DNA of 64,000 bases from an uncultured Caulobacterales bacterium (GTDB lineage Bacteria; Pseudomonadota; Alphaproteobacteria; Caulobacterales; Maricaulaceae), in assembly GCA_937927825.1 (NCBI GenBank), contig CALFWV010000042.1, positions 9,980 to 73,979 on the forward strand. The letters run 5' to 3'. Each line of letters starts with the position of its first letter. The stretch's first letter is position 1. The translations under genes and the position numbers were made by a program. The notes beneath the pieces were generated by a model. That model was given only the letters and a program-made list of their open reading frames with translations. It was not told the DNA's origin and searched no databases. This document shows positions 46,657-56,930 of this stretch, piece by piece.

Positions 46657-48129
46657 ATGGAAAATACGTTTGGATTTCTCTCTTTGCTTCCGCCGATTTT
46701 GGCGATTGGATTGGCGCTTTGGTCGCGGCAGGTCTTTTTGGCGCTCTTCTTGGGTATTGCCTCCGGGTTTTTGATCCTCGGGGGCGGGAATCCGCTGGAG
46801 GGGGCAATGCTGACGATGGGCGGGTTTGTCGCCGTCTTCGAGAGCAATTATAATACAGAGATTATCATTTTCACCCTGCTGATTGGCGCGCTTATCGCGC
46901 TCATCCAACGCGCGGGCGGGGTTGAGGGATTTGTCAATCGCGTGCTGGACTGGCTGCAACGTAAAGCCGCCAGCGCGGACGGAAAAGGCCAGCGCAAGCG
47001 GGTAGAGCTCCTCGCTGTCTTGACCGGCGTTCTGATATTTGTGGAGAGCAATATTTCCACGCTGACGGTTGGTACACTCTATCGGCCCGTCACGGATGAG
47101 CTGAAAATTCCACGCGAGAAACTGGCCTATATTGCGGACAGCACCTGCGCACCGATTTGCATTCTCATTCCGCTGAATGCGTGGGGCGCTTATATTTTGG
47201 GCCTCTTGGGGGAACAAAATATGGAAAGCCCGATGTCAACGCTGGTTGGGGCCGTGGCGTTGAACTTCTATCCGATGCTGGCCATTGCTATCGTTGTCTT
47301 CGTGATTTTATCAGGCCGGGATGTCGGCGAAATGAAACGCGCGGAAGCCCGCGCGACCGAGCATGGCAAAATCCTTCGTGATGGCGCCGTGCCAATGATT
47401 GCAGGTGAAATCACGATGATGAACGCCAAAGCAGGCGCGACGCCAAAAGCGCGGAATATGATATTCCCGCTCGCGGCGCTCATCATTTTGATGCCTATTT
47501 TCATGCTCTACACAGGATGGAGTTCAGACGGTGACAATGGTTTATTCCAACTCGCCGACCGCGCCTCCGGATCGAAATCCGTGCTCTATTCTGTTTGCGG
47601 CGCAATCCTTGTCGCGATGGTTTTGAACAAATCCCAGGGTATCATGGGCGTGCGGGAAATGGTCGATGTCGTGCTGAAAGGGATGTCAGGCATGTTGCCG
47701 CTCGCGCTGCTTATGGTCTTCGCCTTTGCCCTTGGAAATCTATGCGGCGATTTGGGCACAGGGCAATATGTGGCGGAGGTTGCCAAACCATTCCTCTCGC
47801 CCGCACTTGTCCCTGCGCTAATTTTCCTCATCAGCGGGTTCATTGCCTTCTCCACAGGGACCAGTTGGGGAACCTTTGCCATCATGATTGCCATTGCAGT
47901 TCCGCTCGCGCAAGGCCTTGATACGAATGTGACCTTAGCGGTTGCGGCGGCGCTGGGCGGCGGCGTGTTCGGGGACCATTGCAGCCCGACATCCGATACA
48001 TCCATCATCACATCTATGGCGACCGCAAGTGACCATATCGACCATGTCAGAACGCAGCTCCCCTATGCCCTCATCGGCGGGGCCATCACGACGGGGCTTT
48101 ATTTAATTCTGGGAGTCATTGGTGTTTAA
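46657..48129 (+). CDS. Na+/H+ antiporter NhaC family / amino-acid transporter
   Basis: SLLPPILAIGLAL, REKLAYIADST, AFSTGTSWGTFAIM, GGVFGDHCSPTSDTSI..ATASDHIDHVRTQLPYA. Confidence 0.9.
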   Translation: MENTFGFLSLLPPILAIGLALWSRQVFLALFLGIASGFLILGGGNPLEGAMLTMGGFVAVFESNYNTEIIIFTLLIGALIALIQRAGGVEGFVNRVLDWLQRKAASADGKGQRKRVELLAVLTGVLIFVESNISTLTVGTLYRPVTDELKIPREKLAYIADSTCAPICILIPLNAWGAYILGLLGEQNMESPMSTLVGAVALNFYPMLAIAIVVFVILSGRDVGEMKRAEARATEHGKILRDGAVPMIAGEITMMNAKAGATPKARNMIFPLAALIILMPIFMLYTGWSSDGDNGLFQLADRASGSKSVLYSVCGAILVAMVLNKSQGIMGVREMVDVVLKGMSGMLPLALLMVFAFALGNLCGDLGTGQYVAEVAKPFLSPALVPALIFLISGFIAFSTGTSWGTFAIMIAIAVPLAQGLDTNVTLAVAAALGGGVFGDHCSPTSDTSIITSMATASDHIDHVRTQLPYALIGGAITTGLYLILGVIGV

Positions 48130-49387
48130 ATATCTTGGGATTTTAGCCGTAGGTTTAAGCGCCTGCACCGCGGCTGCCGGCCCCGCCGCGCAAAACCATC
48201 TCGGCATTGAATATGCCGTGGCAGAACGCTGGCAATTACCCGTGCTCAACACAGATTGGAAACGCGCCGCGCCCTTTGACGCGATGGGTCCCGCCTGTCC
48301 GCAAGACGGGCAAGCCGTTATGAAAGAGGACTGCCTGTTCCTGAATGTCTTCACGCCCGGCGATACGAAAAATGCACCTGTGTTGGTTTGGTTTCACGGC
48401 GGCGGATTTCGCGCCGGGTCGGGCGGAGACGGACCCAAGACCTTTGTAAATGACGGCGTGGTGGTGGTCACATTTAATTACCGCTTGGGAAAGCTCGGCT
48501 TTCACGATTGGGCAGGATGGGATGAAGGTAACCCGCGTAATTTCGGGCAAGCTGATATGGTGGCCGCGCTGGATTGGGTTCAAGCCAACATTGCCCAATT
48601 TGGCGGCGACCCAAAAAATGTGACCCTCGCAGGACATAGCGCCGGTGGCATGGGAGTGCAGTTGATGCTGACCGACACACGCGCCAAGGGGAAATTTGCG
48701 CGGGCATGGACGCATGCAGGATATGGTTCATGGCCTTTCCCCAAAGCCTTTAACCCCAGTCCTGAAATCCGCGCCCGCATTCGCTACCGCGCATTGGAAA
48801 CGGCGCGCCCGGCAGACCAAATCGTCGCGCAGACGCCATTTTTCCACCTTCCCTATATTGACGCACCGCACTTATCTGAACAACCCAACAGGCTCTGGGC
48901 GAAAGGATATGTCGCAGACGTCCCCATTGTCACGGGGTGGAACTCCTATGACGGTGCGGGGACCTTGGGCGGCGCTGGTTTTTCGGTCGAAGACTTCATA
49001 AAGCGCATAGACAGCGACGAGATTCGCGCCGCCTATGGAGCTGATTTCGCCGTGTCGGACACCCAAGCAGCCCAACGGATTTTCGGCGATATGCGCTATG
49101 GCGTGTCGAGCCTCGAGCTCGCTGACCAAGGAAATGGCTGGAGTTTCTATTACGACGACCGGCAAGCGGGCGCGCCGGGTGCCTATCACGGACAGCAATA
49201 TGATAGTTTATTTGGGGGCGCAGAGTCTGATTTTCGGGAGGCCCTTTCCCAATTTATTCAAACCGGAAACCCGGGTTGGGACCTTGATGAAATCGGGCTA
49301 TTTTCGCCCGAATTGACATCCCAATCCAACGCCCTGTCTGATGCAAAGCGAGCCGCCCTGATATCCGCTTTAGAGGCAATAAAATGA
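48119..49387 (+). CDS. Type-B carboxylesterase, secreted
   Basis: EDCLFLNVFTP, VWFHGGGF, FNYRLGKLGF, FGGDPKNVTLAGHSAGG (catalytic Ser), AYHG. Confidence 0.9.
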   Translation: MVFKYLGILAVGLSACTAAAGPAAQNHLGIEYAVAERWQLPVLNTDWKRAAPFDAMGPACPQDGQAVMKEDCLFLNVFTPGDTKNAPVLVWFHGGGFRAGSGGDGPKTFVNDGVVVVTFNYRLGKLGFHDWAGWDEGNPRNFGQADMVAALDWVQANIAQFGGDPKNVTLAGHSAGGMGVQLMLTDTRAKGKFARAWTHAGYGSWPFPKAFNPSPEIRARIRYRALETARPADQIVAQTPFFHLPYIDAPHLSEQPNRLWAKGYVADVPIVTGWNSYDGAGTLGGAGFSVEDFIKRIDSDEIRAAYGADFAVSDTQAAQRIFGDMRYGVSSLELADQGNGWSFYYDDRQAGAPGAYHGQQYDSLFGGAESDFREALSQFIQTGNPGWDLDEIGLFSPELTSQSNALSDAKRAALISALEAIK

Positions 49388-49818
49388 TGAAGTCCTGTCT
49401 TACGTCGAGCGTTCTATTTCTTTCGACCTGCGCCGCAGACGCGCAAGACGTCAGACCCAATGTAGCGGGCGAGTGGGCGAATGAGCGCGGCTCCTCTGTC
49501 ACATTTGTGGAAACGGACGGCGTATTATCCGGTTATTATAACACGCGGCTCGGCAATCCTGACCCTGCGTCGCGCTTTCCTTTGACCGGATTTATTGAAG
49601 GGGACCAAGTGACATTTACGGTCAATTTCAAGGGCTATGGCAGCCTCACAAGTTGGACCGGGCAAATTAGTGAGGATGAGGATGGGGCTTATATCCGGAC
49701 GCTTTGGCATCTCACACGCGATGTTTTGGATGCAGAAGAAGAGGCGGATTTGTGGTCATCCATCATTGCGGGATCTGCCAATTTTCGCCCCGTGGAACCC
49801 GCTATAGACGCTAAGTGA
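49384..49818 (+). CDS. Avidin/streptavidin family protein, secreted
   Basis: GEWANERGS, LSGYYNT, FPLTG, VTFTVNF, SLTSWTGQ, IRTLWHL, WSSIIAGSANF follow the avidin eight-strand barrel pattern; ATGA overlap with the esterase. Confidence 0.9.
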   Translation: MMKSCLTSSVLFLSTCAADAQDVRPNVAGEWANERGSSVTFVETDGVLSGYYNTRLGNPDPASRFPLTGFIEGDQVTFTVNFKGYGSLTSWTGQISEDEDGAYIRTLWHLTRDVLDAEEEADLWSSIIAGSANFRPVEPAIDAK

Positions 49819-50296
49819 AATCCTTAACCGCCCTCGGCGCGACATAGCGCGCCACAAACACACCCACTATCATGCTGGCGATGACGGCAATCAGCGAGGC
49901 TTTTGTGATATCGACAAAGGCATAAAGACCCGCATCGATGGACGTCGGTATGGCAGAAAACAAAGCGGTAAAAAAATTATCTGTTGTGTTTTGATAGGCA
50001 GAAAATGTGCCCGTTTTTAAATTCGCCAAAAAGGCCGGCAGCGGGATAATCGTAACGGCTGTACAAAATCCGGCCATCGCTCCGCGCGGGATACTGTCCT
50101 TTTTCAAATGAGTGACCGTCCAAAATATGAAACTGATAAGGGATGTACTGACGGCGATTAGAACCGCAATCTTCAAAACATCAGCGAGTAGATCCGCTTC
50201 GCCGCCCAAGACCTGCAGGGTTATCGCCATACAAAATGTTGTCGCGAAAAGCGTCATGAGTATTGTAAATAAGCGGCGTTGAGAAAGCGTTTTCAT
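49811..50296 (-). CDS. Hypothetical membrane protein (about 4 TM)
   Basis: Four long hydrophobic segments; fills the gap downstream of dnaJ. Confidence 0.7.
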   Translation of the reverse strand: MKTLSQRRLFTILMTLFATTFCMAITLQVLGGEADLLADVLKIAVLIAVSTSLISFIFWTVTHLKKDSIPRGAMAGFCTAVTIIPLPAFLANLKTGTFSAYQNTTDNFFTALFSAIPTSIDAGLYAFVDITKASLIAVIASMIVGVFVARYVAPRAVKDFT

Positions 50297-50447
50297 ATGC
50301 GGTTTTGATCCATTTAAACATCAGTATGAATATCCGGCGTAGGCCGAGAGGACGCTCAATCAATACGGGCCGTGCCAATCCAGAGCAACGCAATCATATC
50401 GCTATGATTTCTGCGCGGTTTTCCCGCCCCGCCATTTCCGATTGGAA

Positions 50448-51614
50448 TCAGTCAACCAAACCATCCCAGAAAGACTTCGCCTTATCAAAGAAATTTCGGC
50501 TTTGCGGCGATTCAGAATGGGTGCCACCTTCTAACGCAAATTCTTCGAGAAGCTCTTTCTGGCGCTTGGTCAGGCCGGACGGCGTCTCCACCGCAAGCTC
50601 GATATACATGTCGCCGCGTTTGTCAGAGCGTAGGACACTCATCCCTTTACCGCGTAAGCGCAGGCGTTTTCCGGTTTGACTGCCGTCGCTGACTTTGATC
50701 TTTGACCGTCCGCCATCAATGGTCGGAATTTCAATGTCACCGCCGAGCGCAGCCGTCGTCATGGGCACAGGGGCGCGGCAGAACAGGTTCGCGCCGTCGC
50801 GTTCGAAAAGGTCATGCGGTTTAACGCTAACGAAAATATAAAGATCGCCGCGCTGCGTCCCGCCGCTCGCCCCGCGTCGGGGCGCGGCATCGCCTTGGCC
50901 CGTCAGGCGGATGCGCGTACCGTCCTCGACACCCGCCGGAATGGATACATCGAGTTCTGTTTCTTGGCGCGTCTGGCCAACACCGTCGCAAGATGTGCAG
51001 GGGTTTGAGACATATTCACCCTGCCCGCCGCAGGTTGGACAGGCGCGTTCCATTTGGAAAAACCCTTGCTGCGTACGCACGCGCCCTTGTCCGGCGCAGG
51101 TTGAACAGGTTTCAACACTCGCCCCCGGTTCCGCGCCCATACCATCACAGCGCTCGCAATCTTCCGCAATCGGTACGGTGATATCAATGTCTTTCCCGGC
51201 GAAAGCTTCCTCAAGCGTGATTTCAAGCTCATAGCGAAGGTCGGAGCCGCGCTGTACGGTTTGACGTTGACGCCGTCCACCGCCGCCAAACATATCGGCA
51301 AATCCGCCGCCGCCCGCGCCGCCGCCAAAAATCTGGCTGAAAATATCATTGAAATCCTGGAAGCCGCCAGCACCACCCGCGCCGCCGCCCTCAAAGGCCG
51401 CATGGCCCATCCGGTCATAGGCTGCGCGTTTCTGCTCGTCCGAGAGAATACCGTAAGCCTCATTAAGTTCTTTGAACCGCGCTTCGGCTTTAGGGTCATC
51501 GGGATGCCGATCAGGATGGCATTCCATGGCCTTCTTGCGGAAGGCCGACTTCATCGTTTTGGCATCAGCGTTTTTAGCTACGCCGAGCGTCTCATAATAA
51601 TCTCGTTTTGACAT
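50448..51614 (-). CDS. dnaJ: Chaperone DnaJ
   Basis: [11 protein letters not shown] motif, G/F-rich linker, four CxxCxGxG repeats. Confidence 0.99.
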   Translation of the reverse strand: MSKRDYYETLGVAKNADAKTMKSAFRKKAMECHPDRHPDDPKAEARFKELNEAYGILSDEQKRAAYDRMGHAAFEGGGAGGAGGFQDFNDIFSQIFGGGAGGGGFADMFGGGGRRQRQTVQRGSDLRYELEITLEEAFAGKDIDITVPIAEDCERCDGMGAEPGASVETCSTCAGQGRVRTQQGFFQMERACPTCGGQGEYVSNPCTSCDGVGQTRQETELDVSIPAGVEDGTRIRLTGQGDAAPRRGASGGTQRGDLYIFVSVKPHDLFERDGANLFCRAPVPMTTAALGGDIEIPTIDGGRSKIKVSDGSQTGKRLRLRGKGMSVLRSDKRGDMYIELAVETPSGLTKRQKELLEEFALEGGTHSESPQSRNFFDKAKSFWDGLVD

Positions 51615-52457
51615 TTAAGTCTGGTCCCGTTTTCGCACGACAACATTCATGCGTGTGCGTGTAGTTATCAAATAGTCATGCGCCTGCACCAGTTCAATGA
51701 GCGGCGCGGCAGATGTGTCATCCACTTCTAAGATCATCATAAGTGGATGAAGGGTCGCTGGAGCCTGTTCAAAAAATTGAGACAGGACAGGTAAATCTTG
51801 GCCTTCGATATCCAGCTTTAGGGCGTCAATACGGTCAATTTTTGCGCCCTCACAGAGTTGGAGTAACGTCACGGCTTGAACCGCTTCGCCGCTGGCCGCA
51901 ATTTGACCCTCGCCGCGATTACCACCGCCGTCGGACAGAAACACGTCACCGACATGGGTTGAGATTGCCGAACGAATGACCTCAACATGGGCGTCAGATG
52001 CCGCCGCATTCACGGCCAATCGCGTACCCATTTCAGAACTCGGTTCGACCGCAATCAATCGAATGTCACGATCGGATTTAGCCGCATAGGCATTGGCGAA
52101 GAGTGAATATAGTCCGACATTTGCGCCGATATCTAAGAATATGAATGGGGACGAACTGGATCGGATTATCGCAGTCTGCAGAGCATCTCGTTCCGCCGCA
52201 TCCCATATTTGCACACCGCAAAGCGCGCGTTTTTCACATCGATTGGTCGACGGATATAGACGCGCTTTAACACCGGGCGCGACGGCGACATCGAAGGGTT
52301 CTGGCAGGCCGCGAATAGCTTGTTTACGGCAAAGGCTAATGGTCCAACGGCCTATTCTATCTTGCCCCATCAGGCGCGCAGAAAACCGTCTCGCTTCACG
52401 GTTCGGTGGAAGCGCGTAATGCCCAAAGGGCGGGTCGATATGTGTGATGTTCCCCAT
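51615..52457 (-). CDS. FkbM family SAM-dependent methyltransferase
   Basis: FLDIGANVGLYSL, IAVEPS, IDALKLDIEG. Confidence 0.9.
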   Translation of the reverse strand: MGNITHIDPPFGHYALPPNREARRFSARLMGQDRIGRWTISLCRKQAIRGLPEPFDVAVAPGVKARLYPSTNRCEKRALCGVQIWDAAERDALQTAIIRSSSSPFIFLDIGANVGLYSLFANAYAAKSDRDIRLIAVEPSSEMGTRLAVNAAASDAHVEVIRSAISTHVGDVFLSDGGGNRGEGQIAASGEAVQAVTLLQLCEGAKIDRIDALKLDIEGQDLPVLSQFFEQAPATLHPLMMILEVDDTSAAPLIELVQAHDYLITTRTRMNVVVRKRDQT

Positions 52458-52460
52458 TTG

Positions 52461-52490
52461 AAAAAGGCCCCGCGTGAGACACGCGGAGCC
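52461..52490 (-). terminator. Intrinsic terminator after dnaK
   Basis: Minus strand GGCTCCGCGTG-TCT-CACGCGGGGCC-TTTTT. Confidence 0.8.
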
Positions 52491-52516
52491 CTCAATCTCG
52501 TTAGACGCGCCGCAGC

Positions 52517-54427
52517 TTACGCAACGTTTTCGTCGTCAACATCTTCAAATTCAGCATCGACAACATCGTCGTCATCATCGGCTTGATCCGCTTGTGACGC
52601 CGGACCGGTATCTGCGTCTGCGGCGGCATTTTCATACATGCTTTGTCCGACTTTCATCAGCGCTGCAGACAGGACCTGAACCTTATCGACGATAAGCGCC
52701 GTGTCTTCGCCTTCGGAAACGTCTTTGGCTTCCGCGAGGGCTTCCTCGACAGCGACCTTGTCTTCCTCAGAAATCGCATCTGCGTGCTCTTTCAGGTCTG
52801 ACTCGGCCTTATGGATCATGGCTTCGGCTTGGTTCTTGGCTTCGACCAGCTCGCGGCGGGCTTTATCGCCTTCCGCATTGGCTTCAGCGTCTTTGACCAT
52901 CGCTTCGATATCTTCATCGCTTAGGCCGCCGCTGGCTTGGATACGGATTTGTTGTTCCTTACCGGTGGCATTATCTTTGGCCGACACGTTCACAATACCA
53001 TTGGCATCAATGTCAAAAGTCACTTCGATTTGCGGCATGCCCCGCGGTGCGGGCGGAATACCAACCAAGTCAAACTGACCAAGAAGTTTATTATCGGCCG
53101 CCATTTCGCGTTCGCCTTGGCTGACCTTAATCGTCACAGCAGACTGATTATCTGTCGCGGTTGAATAGACCTGAGACTTCTTCGTCGGAATGGTTGTGTT
53201 GCGGTCAATCATGCGTGTGAACAACCCGCCTTCGGTCTCAATACCAAGGGACAATGGTGTCACGTCCAGCAAGAGAACGTCTTTGACATCGCCCTGCAAA
53301 ACACCGGCCTGGATAGCGGCGCCCATGGCCACAACCTCATCGGGGTTCACACCCTTATGCGGCTCTTTACCGAAGTATTTTGTCACAGCCGCCTGAACAG
53401 CCGGCATACGCGTCATGCCGCCGACGAGAACAACGTCATCAATATCAGCGGCCGTTAACCCTGCATCCGCAATCGCTTTTTTGATTGGCGCGATGGTGCG
53501 CTTGATAAGATCATCGACAAGCTTCTCCAGCTTGGCGCGGGACAATTTCATGTTCAAATGTTTCGGGCCGGTCGCATCTGCCGTGATGAAGGGGAGGTTC
53601 ACTTCATAAGACGAGGCTGTGGACAGCTCTTTTTTGGCTTTCTCGGCTTCTTCGCGCAAACGCTGAAGGGCAAGTTTGTCTTTCTTAAGATCAATCGCAT
53701 TGTCTTTTTTGAACTCATCCGCAAAATATTCAACGATACGCATATCGAAGTCTTCCCCGCCGAGGAATGTATCGCCATTCGTGGATTTCACTTCAAAAAC
53801 GCCGTCTCCGATTTCAAGAACGGACACGTCAAATGTACCGCCGCCAAGATCGTAAACCGCAATCGTTTTGCCGTCTTCTTTATTCATGCCGTAAGCCAGC
53901 GCTGCCGCTGTCGGCTCGTTGATAATACGCAGAACTTCGAGACCGGCAATTTTACCGGCATCTTTTGTCGCCTGACGCTGAGCATCATTAAAATAGGCCG
54001 GAACCGTAATCACAGCCTGGGTGACTGTCGCGCCGAGATAATCCTCGGCCGTTTCTTTCATCTTCGTCAATGTCATGGCGGAGATTTCAGCCGGGGAAAG
54101 TTCCTTGTCACGGCCCTGAACATAGGCGTCGCCGCCGCGACCTTTGACGATTTTATAAGGGACGAGTTTGGCGTCCTTCTTAATGGCCGGATCTGTAAAT
54201 GGACGTCCGATAAGGCGTTTCACCGCGAAATATGTATGTTCCGGGTTCGTCACCGCTTGGCGTTTCGCGGGCGTGCCGATGAGGCGCTCGCCATCCTCGG
54301 TAAAGGCCACAACAGACGGGGTGGTCCGTTGACCTTCCGCGTTTTCAATAACTTTTGGCGTATCGCCATCCATGACCGCAACACAGGAGTTTGTGGTGCC
54401 TAGGTCAATGCCAATCACTTTAGACAT
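52517..54427 (-). CDS. dnaK: Chaperone DnaK (canonical Hsp70)
   Basis: [61 protein letters not shown], acidic C-terminus VVDAEFEDV. Confidence 0.99.
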   Translation of the reverse strand: MSKVIGIDLGTTNSCVAVMDGDTPKVIENAEGQRTTPSVVAFTEDGERLIGTPAKRQAVTNPEHTYFAVKRLIGRPFTDPAIKKDAKLVPYKIVKGRGGDAYVQGRDKELSPAEISAMTLTKMKETAEDYLGATVTQAVITVPAYFNDAQRQATKDAGKIAGLEVLRIINEPTAAALAYGMNKEDGKTIAVYDLGGGTFDVSVLEIGDGVFEVKSTNGDTFLGGEDFDMRIVEYFADEFKKDNAIDLKKDKLALQRLREEAEKAKKELSTASSYEVNLPFITADATGPKHLNMKLSRAKLEKLVDDLIKRTIAPIKKAIADAGLTAADIDDVVLVGGMTRMPAVQAAVTKYFGKEPHKGVNPDEVVAMGAAIQAGVLQGDVKDVLLLDVTPLSLGIETEGGLFTRMIDRNTTIPTKKSQVYSTATDNQSAVTIKVSQGEREMAADNKLLGQFDLVGIPPAPRGMPQIEVTFDIDANGIVNVSAKDNATGKEQQIRIQASGGLSDEDIEAMVKDAEANAEGDKARRELVEAKNQAEAMIHKAESDLKEHADAISEEDKVAVEEALAEAKDVSEGEDTALIVDKVQVLSAALMKVGQSMYENAAADADTGPASQADQADDDDDVVDAEFEDVDDENVA

Positions 54428-54539
54428 GTATCATGCTCCAAATTGGGGGCAGGCCCGTTTGCGGCACCTGCGTAAACTATATTAAGACTGAGAGGTTCAA
54501 ACGCTACGTAAAGCGCGCGTTGAACCCCTTTCCAGCCCG

Positions 54540-54567
54540 ATATGGGGCGGCAAGACAGACTCGCAAG
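54540..54567 (-). promoter_or_regulatory. RpoH (sigma32) promoter of dnaK
   Basis: Minus strand CTTGCG-N14-CCCCATAT. Confidence 0.72.
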
Positions 54568-54692
54568 GGCAAAAATAGGGTTTTTTCACTCTAACGTAAA
54601 TTTATGGGAGCCTCCGCCGAATTCCGAACTTACTTAAAATTCACTGTCAAATTGTCAGGTGCGCCTTACACGCGTTGAGAGGGGAGCCACAC

Positions 54693-56135
54693 ATGACGAC
54701 AATATCCTATGTAAAACACGGATTTTTGGCGCTGATCCTTTTGATTTTGGCCGCATGTTCGCCGGAAGACGGCGTTCAAAGTCAAGTGCGGGACCAGGAT
54801 TCGCTGGCTCCTTTTTCCCTTACACTGTCAGAACGGGGTAATGGCGCATGGCGTTTTACGGTGGATTTGTCAGAACCGCAGAATGCCTTGATTTTTTCTC
54901 GGTCGCGGCATGATTACAGAACCAGTAGCTATCAATCCCTGTCAGCAGGCGCCAGGTTGGAGCGGATTGGCGGGTTTGACACAATTCTATTCGACCCCGG
55001 CGTGATGCGCGCCAGTTTTGAAATCACGCCGTTTACCGAAACATTACCCGGCACATACACCCCTTTCATTCCCTTTAGCGACGGCGGACAGGCCGTTTAT
55101 CTGGGGGCGTTTGAATTACTGCGAGTCGCAGACGTTCAAGCCGTCACGGATTTAAATGGCAACTTGGATGCTTGGGACGGTGAACAATTCGATATTCCAG
55201 TGCACCTCAAGACCCGAAATTCCGTCCTACTGGACGGCGCGGTCCACTCAGGCAGCGCGAAAGCCATCGTCAATGGAAACGGACCCTATGCCTATTTGGG
55301 TCCAACCCCGCTGGTCGAAGGCAAAAGTTTTTCCGGCGTCATGGACCCGGGACTGCCGCAATGGCTGATGGACGGTTTCGACGAAGACCTCGCCCGCATC
55401 TTCGCCGCGCTGGAAGAGGGTTTCGGCCGCAGCCTGAAAACCAAGGCGACCATCATGTTCGCATTTAGAGGATATGAGACAGAAGGCTTTTCCAATACGG
55501 GCGGCGTTCTGGACGGCGGATTGATGGTGTTGGAAACATCCGGCGATGCGATGCGCGAGCCAAATGATCGATTGCGGGGCTATCTCGAATGGTTCCTTAC
55601 CCATGAAGCCACCCATCTTTTTCAACATTCGGGGGAGCTTCGCTATGCGGATAAATCTGATAGCTGGATCACGGAAGGCGGCGCAAATGCCGTCACTCAT
55701 CATTTGGCAGATAAGCTAAACACGATGCCGAATGACATTATCCAAGGACGCTATCAAAACGCCTTCGATTATTGTGTGGCCTCAATCAAAGGCACCTCTA
55801 TGGCGGAAATTACAAATCGTAATGATCAATCGCATTACGACTGCGGTGATTTTATCTTTCGTATCTCGGATGCGGCGCTGCCGGACTCTGACCTTTTCGA
55901 TATTTGGGAAGCGCTGCTGGTCCAAGCGGAGGCAGAAAATGAATATGACACGGCTAAATATTTCGCCGCTCTGCGGGCGCTGGGCGTGGACGAGGACATT
56001 GTGACGCGAATGGAAGCTTTCGTAGCCGGACCAGTCATTGACCCTGCGGCGGAGTTAAGCGCGATGATGGACGACGTCGGCATTATAGCCGAAGTTGACA
56101 GCGAAACCCTGAAATCCATTCAATTTCCGAATTAG
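54693..56135 (+). CDS. Putative gluzincin metallopeptidase lipoprotein (M1/M61-like)
   Basis: ILAAC lipobox; FLTHEATHLFQ (HExxH) and a downstream WITEG Glu ligand. RBS GAGGGGAG before ATG 54693. Confidence 0.75.
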   Translation: MTTISYVKHGFLALILLILAACSPEDGVQSQVRDQDSLAPFSLTLSERGNGAWRFTVDLSEPQNALIFSRSRHDYRTSSYQSLSAGARLERIGGFDTILFDPGVMRASFEITPFTETLPGTYTPFIPFSDGGQAVYLGAFELLRVADVQAVTDLNGNLDAWDGEQFDIPVHLKTRNSVLLDGAVHSGSAKAIVNGNGPYAYLGPTPLVEGKSFSGVMDPGLPQWLMDGFDEDLARIFAALEEGFGRSLKTKATIMFAFRGYETEGFSNTGGVLDGGLMVLETSGDAMREPNDRLRGYLEWFLTHEATHLFQHSGELRYADKSDSWITEGGANAVTHHLADKLNTMPNDIIQGRYQNAFDYCVASIKGTSMAEITNRNDQSHYDCGDFIFRISDAALPDSDLFDIWEALLVQAEAENEYDTAKYFAALRALGVDEDIVTRMEAFVAGPVIDPAAELSAMMDDVGIIAEVDSETLKSIQFPN

Positions 56136-56138
56136 AGC

Positions 56139-56810
56139 CTAGCTCGCCTGCACACGAAAATGCCCCGTAATGCGGTGATCAAACAGCATGTCGCTTTCTT
56201 CCACGCCGCCGCCAATATTGTGAATGATAAGGGGGGTGCCATCCGCTGAGAGGCGGTCCGAGACGATGCCGATATGCGGCAAGCCTCCGCTGCCCATATT
56301 GCCGTCCAATCGCCAACTCACAATATCACCGGGTTTGTAGTCCGAAGGGTCTCGCGTAATCGGAATACTGTGTCCGGCACGGGTGAAATAGGTTTCCAAA
56401 TTCGGGACACGGCGATGGTCGATATTTTTATCCGTCCGGATGTGGCTCCATGTCGTTGGATATGTCCCAAAGTTCGCCTTCATGTCTTCATGCACGGCTT
56501 TCTGCAGATCGAAATCATAGGCCTTGCGTAAGGACCGAATAACCACATCCGTACAAACGCCCATGGTCGCCGGCACATCCCCGCCGGGATAATCAAGCGC
56601 AACATATCTGCCGTCATAAATCACGAGGGATTTCAGCCGATCGCGAGCCGCTCTCACAAGAGGCTTGGCTGTTTCGGGCACCCCCACCACCTGTGCTGCG
56701 ACCCCCGCGCGCGGTTGTACAGGCTCCGCCGATGCGACTTTATCTTGCGCGGTGACGGGACCACACCCGGCGAAAGAGAGACACAACAGGCCAAGAGAGA
56801 TAAAACGCAT
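56139..56810 (-). CDS. DUF1287 (YijF-like) lipoprotein
   Basis: FAGC lipobox; YDGRYVALDYPGGDVP..GVCTDVVIRSLR, DKNIDHRRVPNL, PHIGIVSD, IIHNIGGG. Confidence 0.9.
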   Translation of the reverse strand: MRFISLGLLCLSFAGCGPVTAQDKVASAEPVQPRAGVAAQVVGVPETAKPLVRAARDRLKSLVIYDGRYVALDYPGGDVPATMGVCTDVVIRSLRKAYDFDLQKAVHEDMKANFGTYPTTWSHIRTDKNIDHRRVPNLETYFTRAGHSIPITRDPSDYKPGDIVSWRLDGNMGSGGLPHIGIVSDRLSADGTPLIIHNIGGGVEESDMLFDHRITGHFRVQAS

Positions 56811-56930
56811 AAATGTTATTAAATCACATAATTGGAGCTGTGTACAGATGATCTCCCAAAAGGTCTAAATTAGGATTGAGGCAATATGTGGACTGGACTC
56901 GGCCAAAACCGCGACCCACATCACGGTCTT

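Noticed and set aside
53558-54403. 281-aa plus-strand ORF opposite dnaK
   Set aside because: The well-known antisense open frame of dnaK/hsp70 genes caused by codon bias; not evidence of a gene.
54428-54600. CIRCE (HrcA) element upstream of dnaK or clpB
   Set aside because: No TTAGCACTC-N9-GAGTGCTAA-like inverted repeat seen; only RpoH-type promoters.
54645-54658. CTGTCAAATTGTCA as a Pho box upstream of the gluzincin
   Set aside because: The TGTCA repeats are 8 nt apart, not 11.
56811-56930. LexA box upstream of alkB
   Set aside because: No GTTC-N7-GTTC or GAAC-N7-GAAC found.
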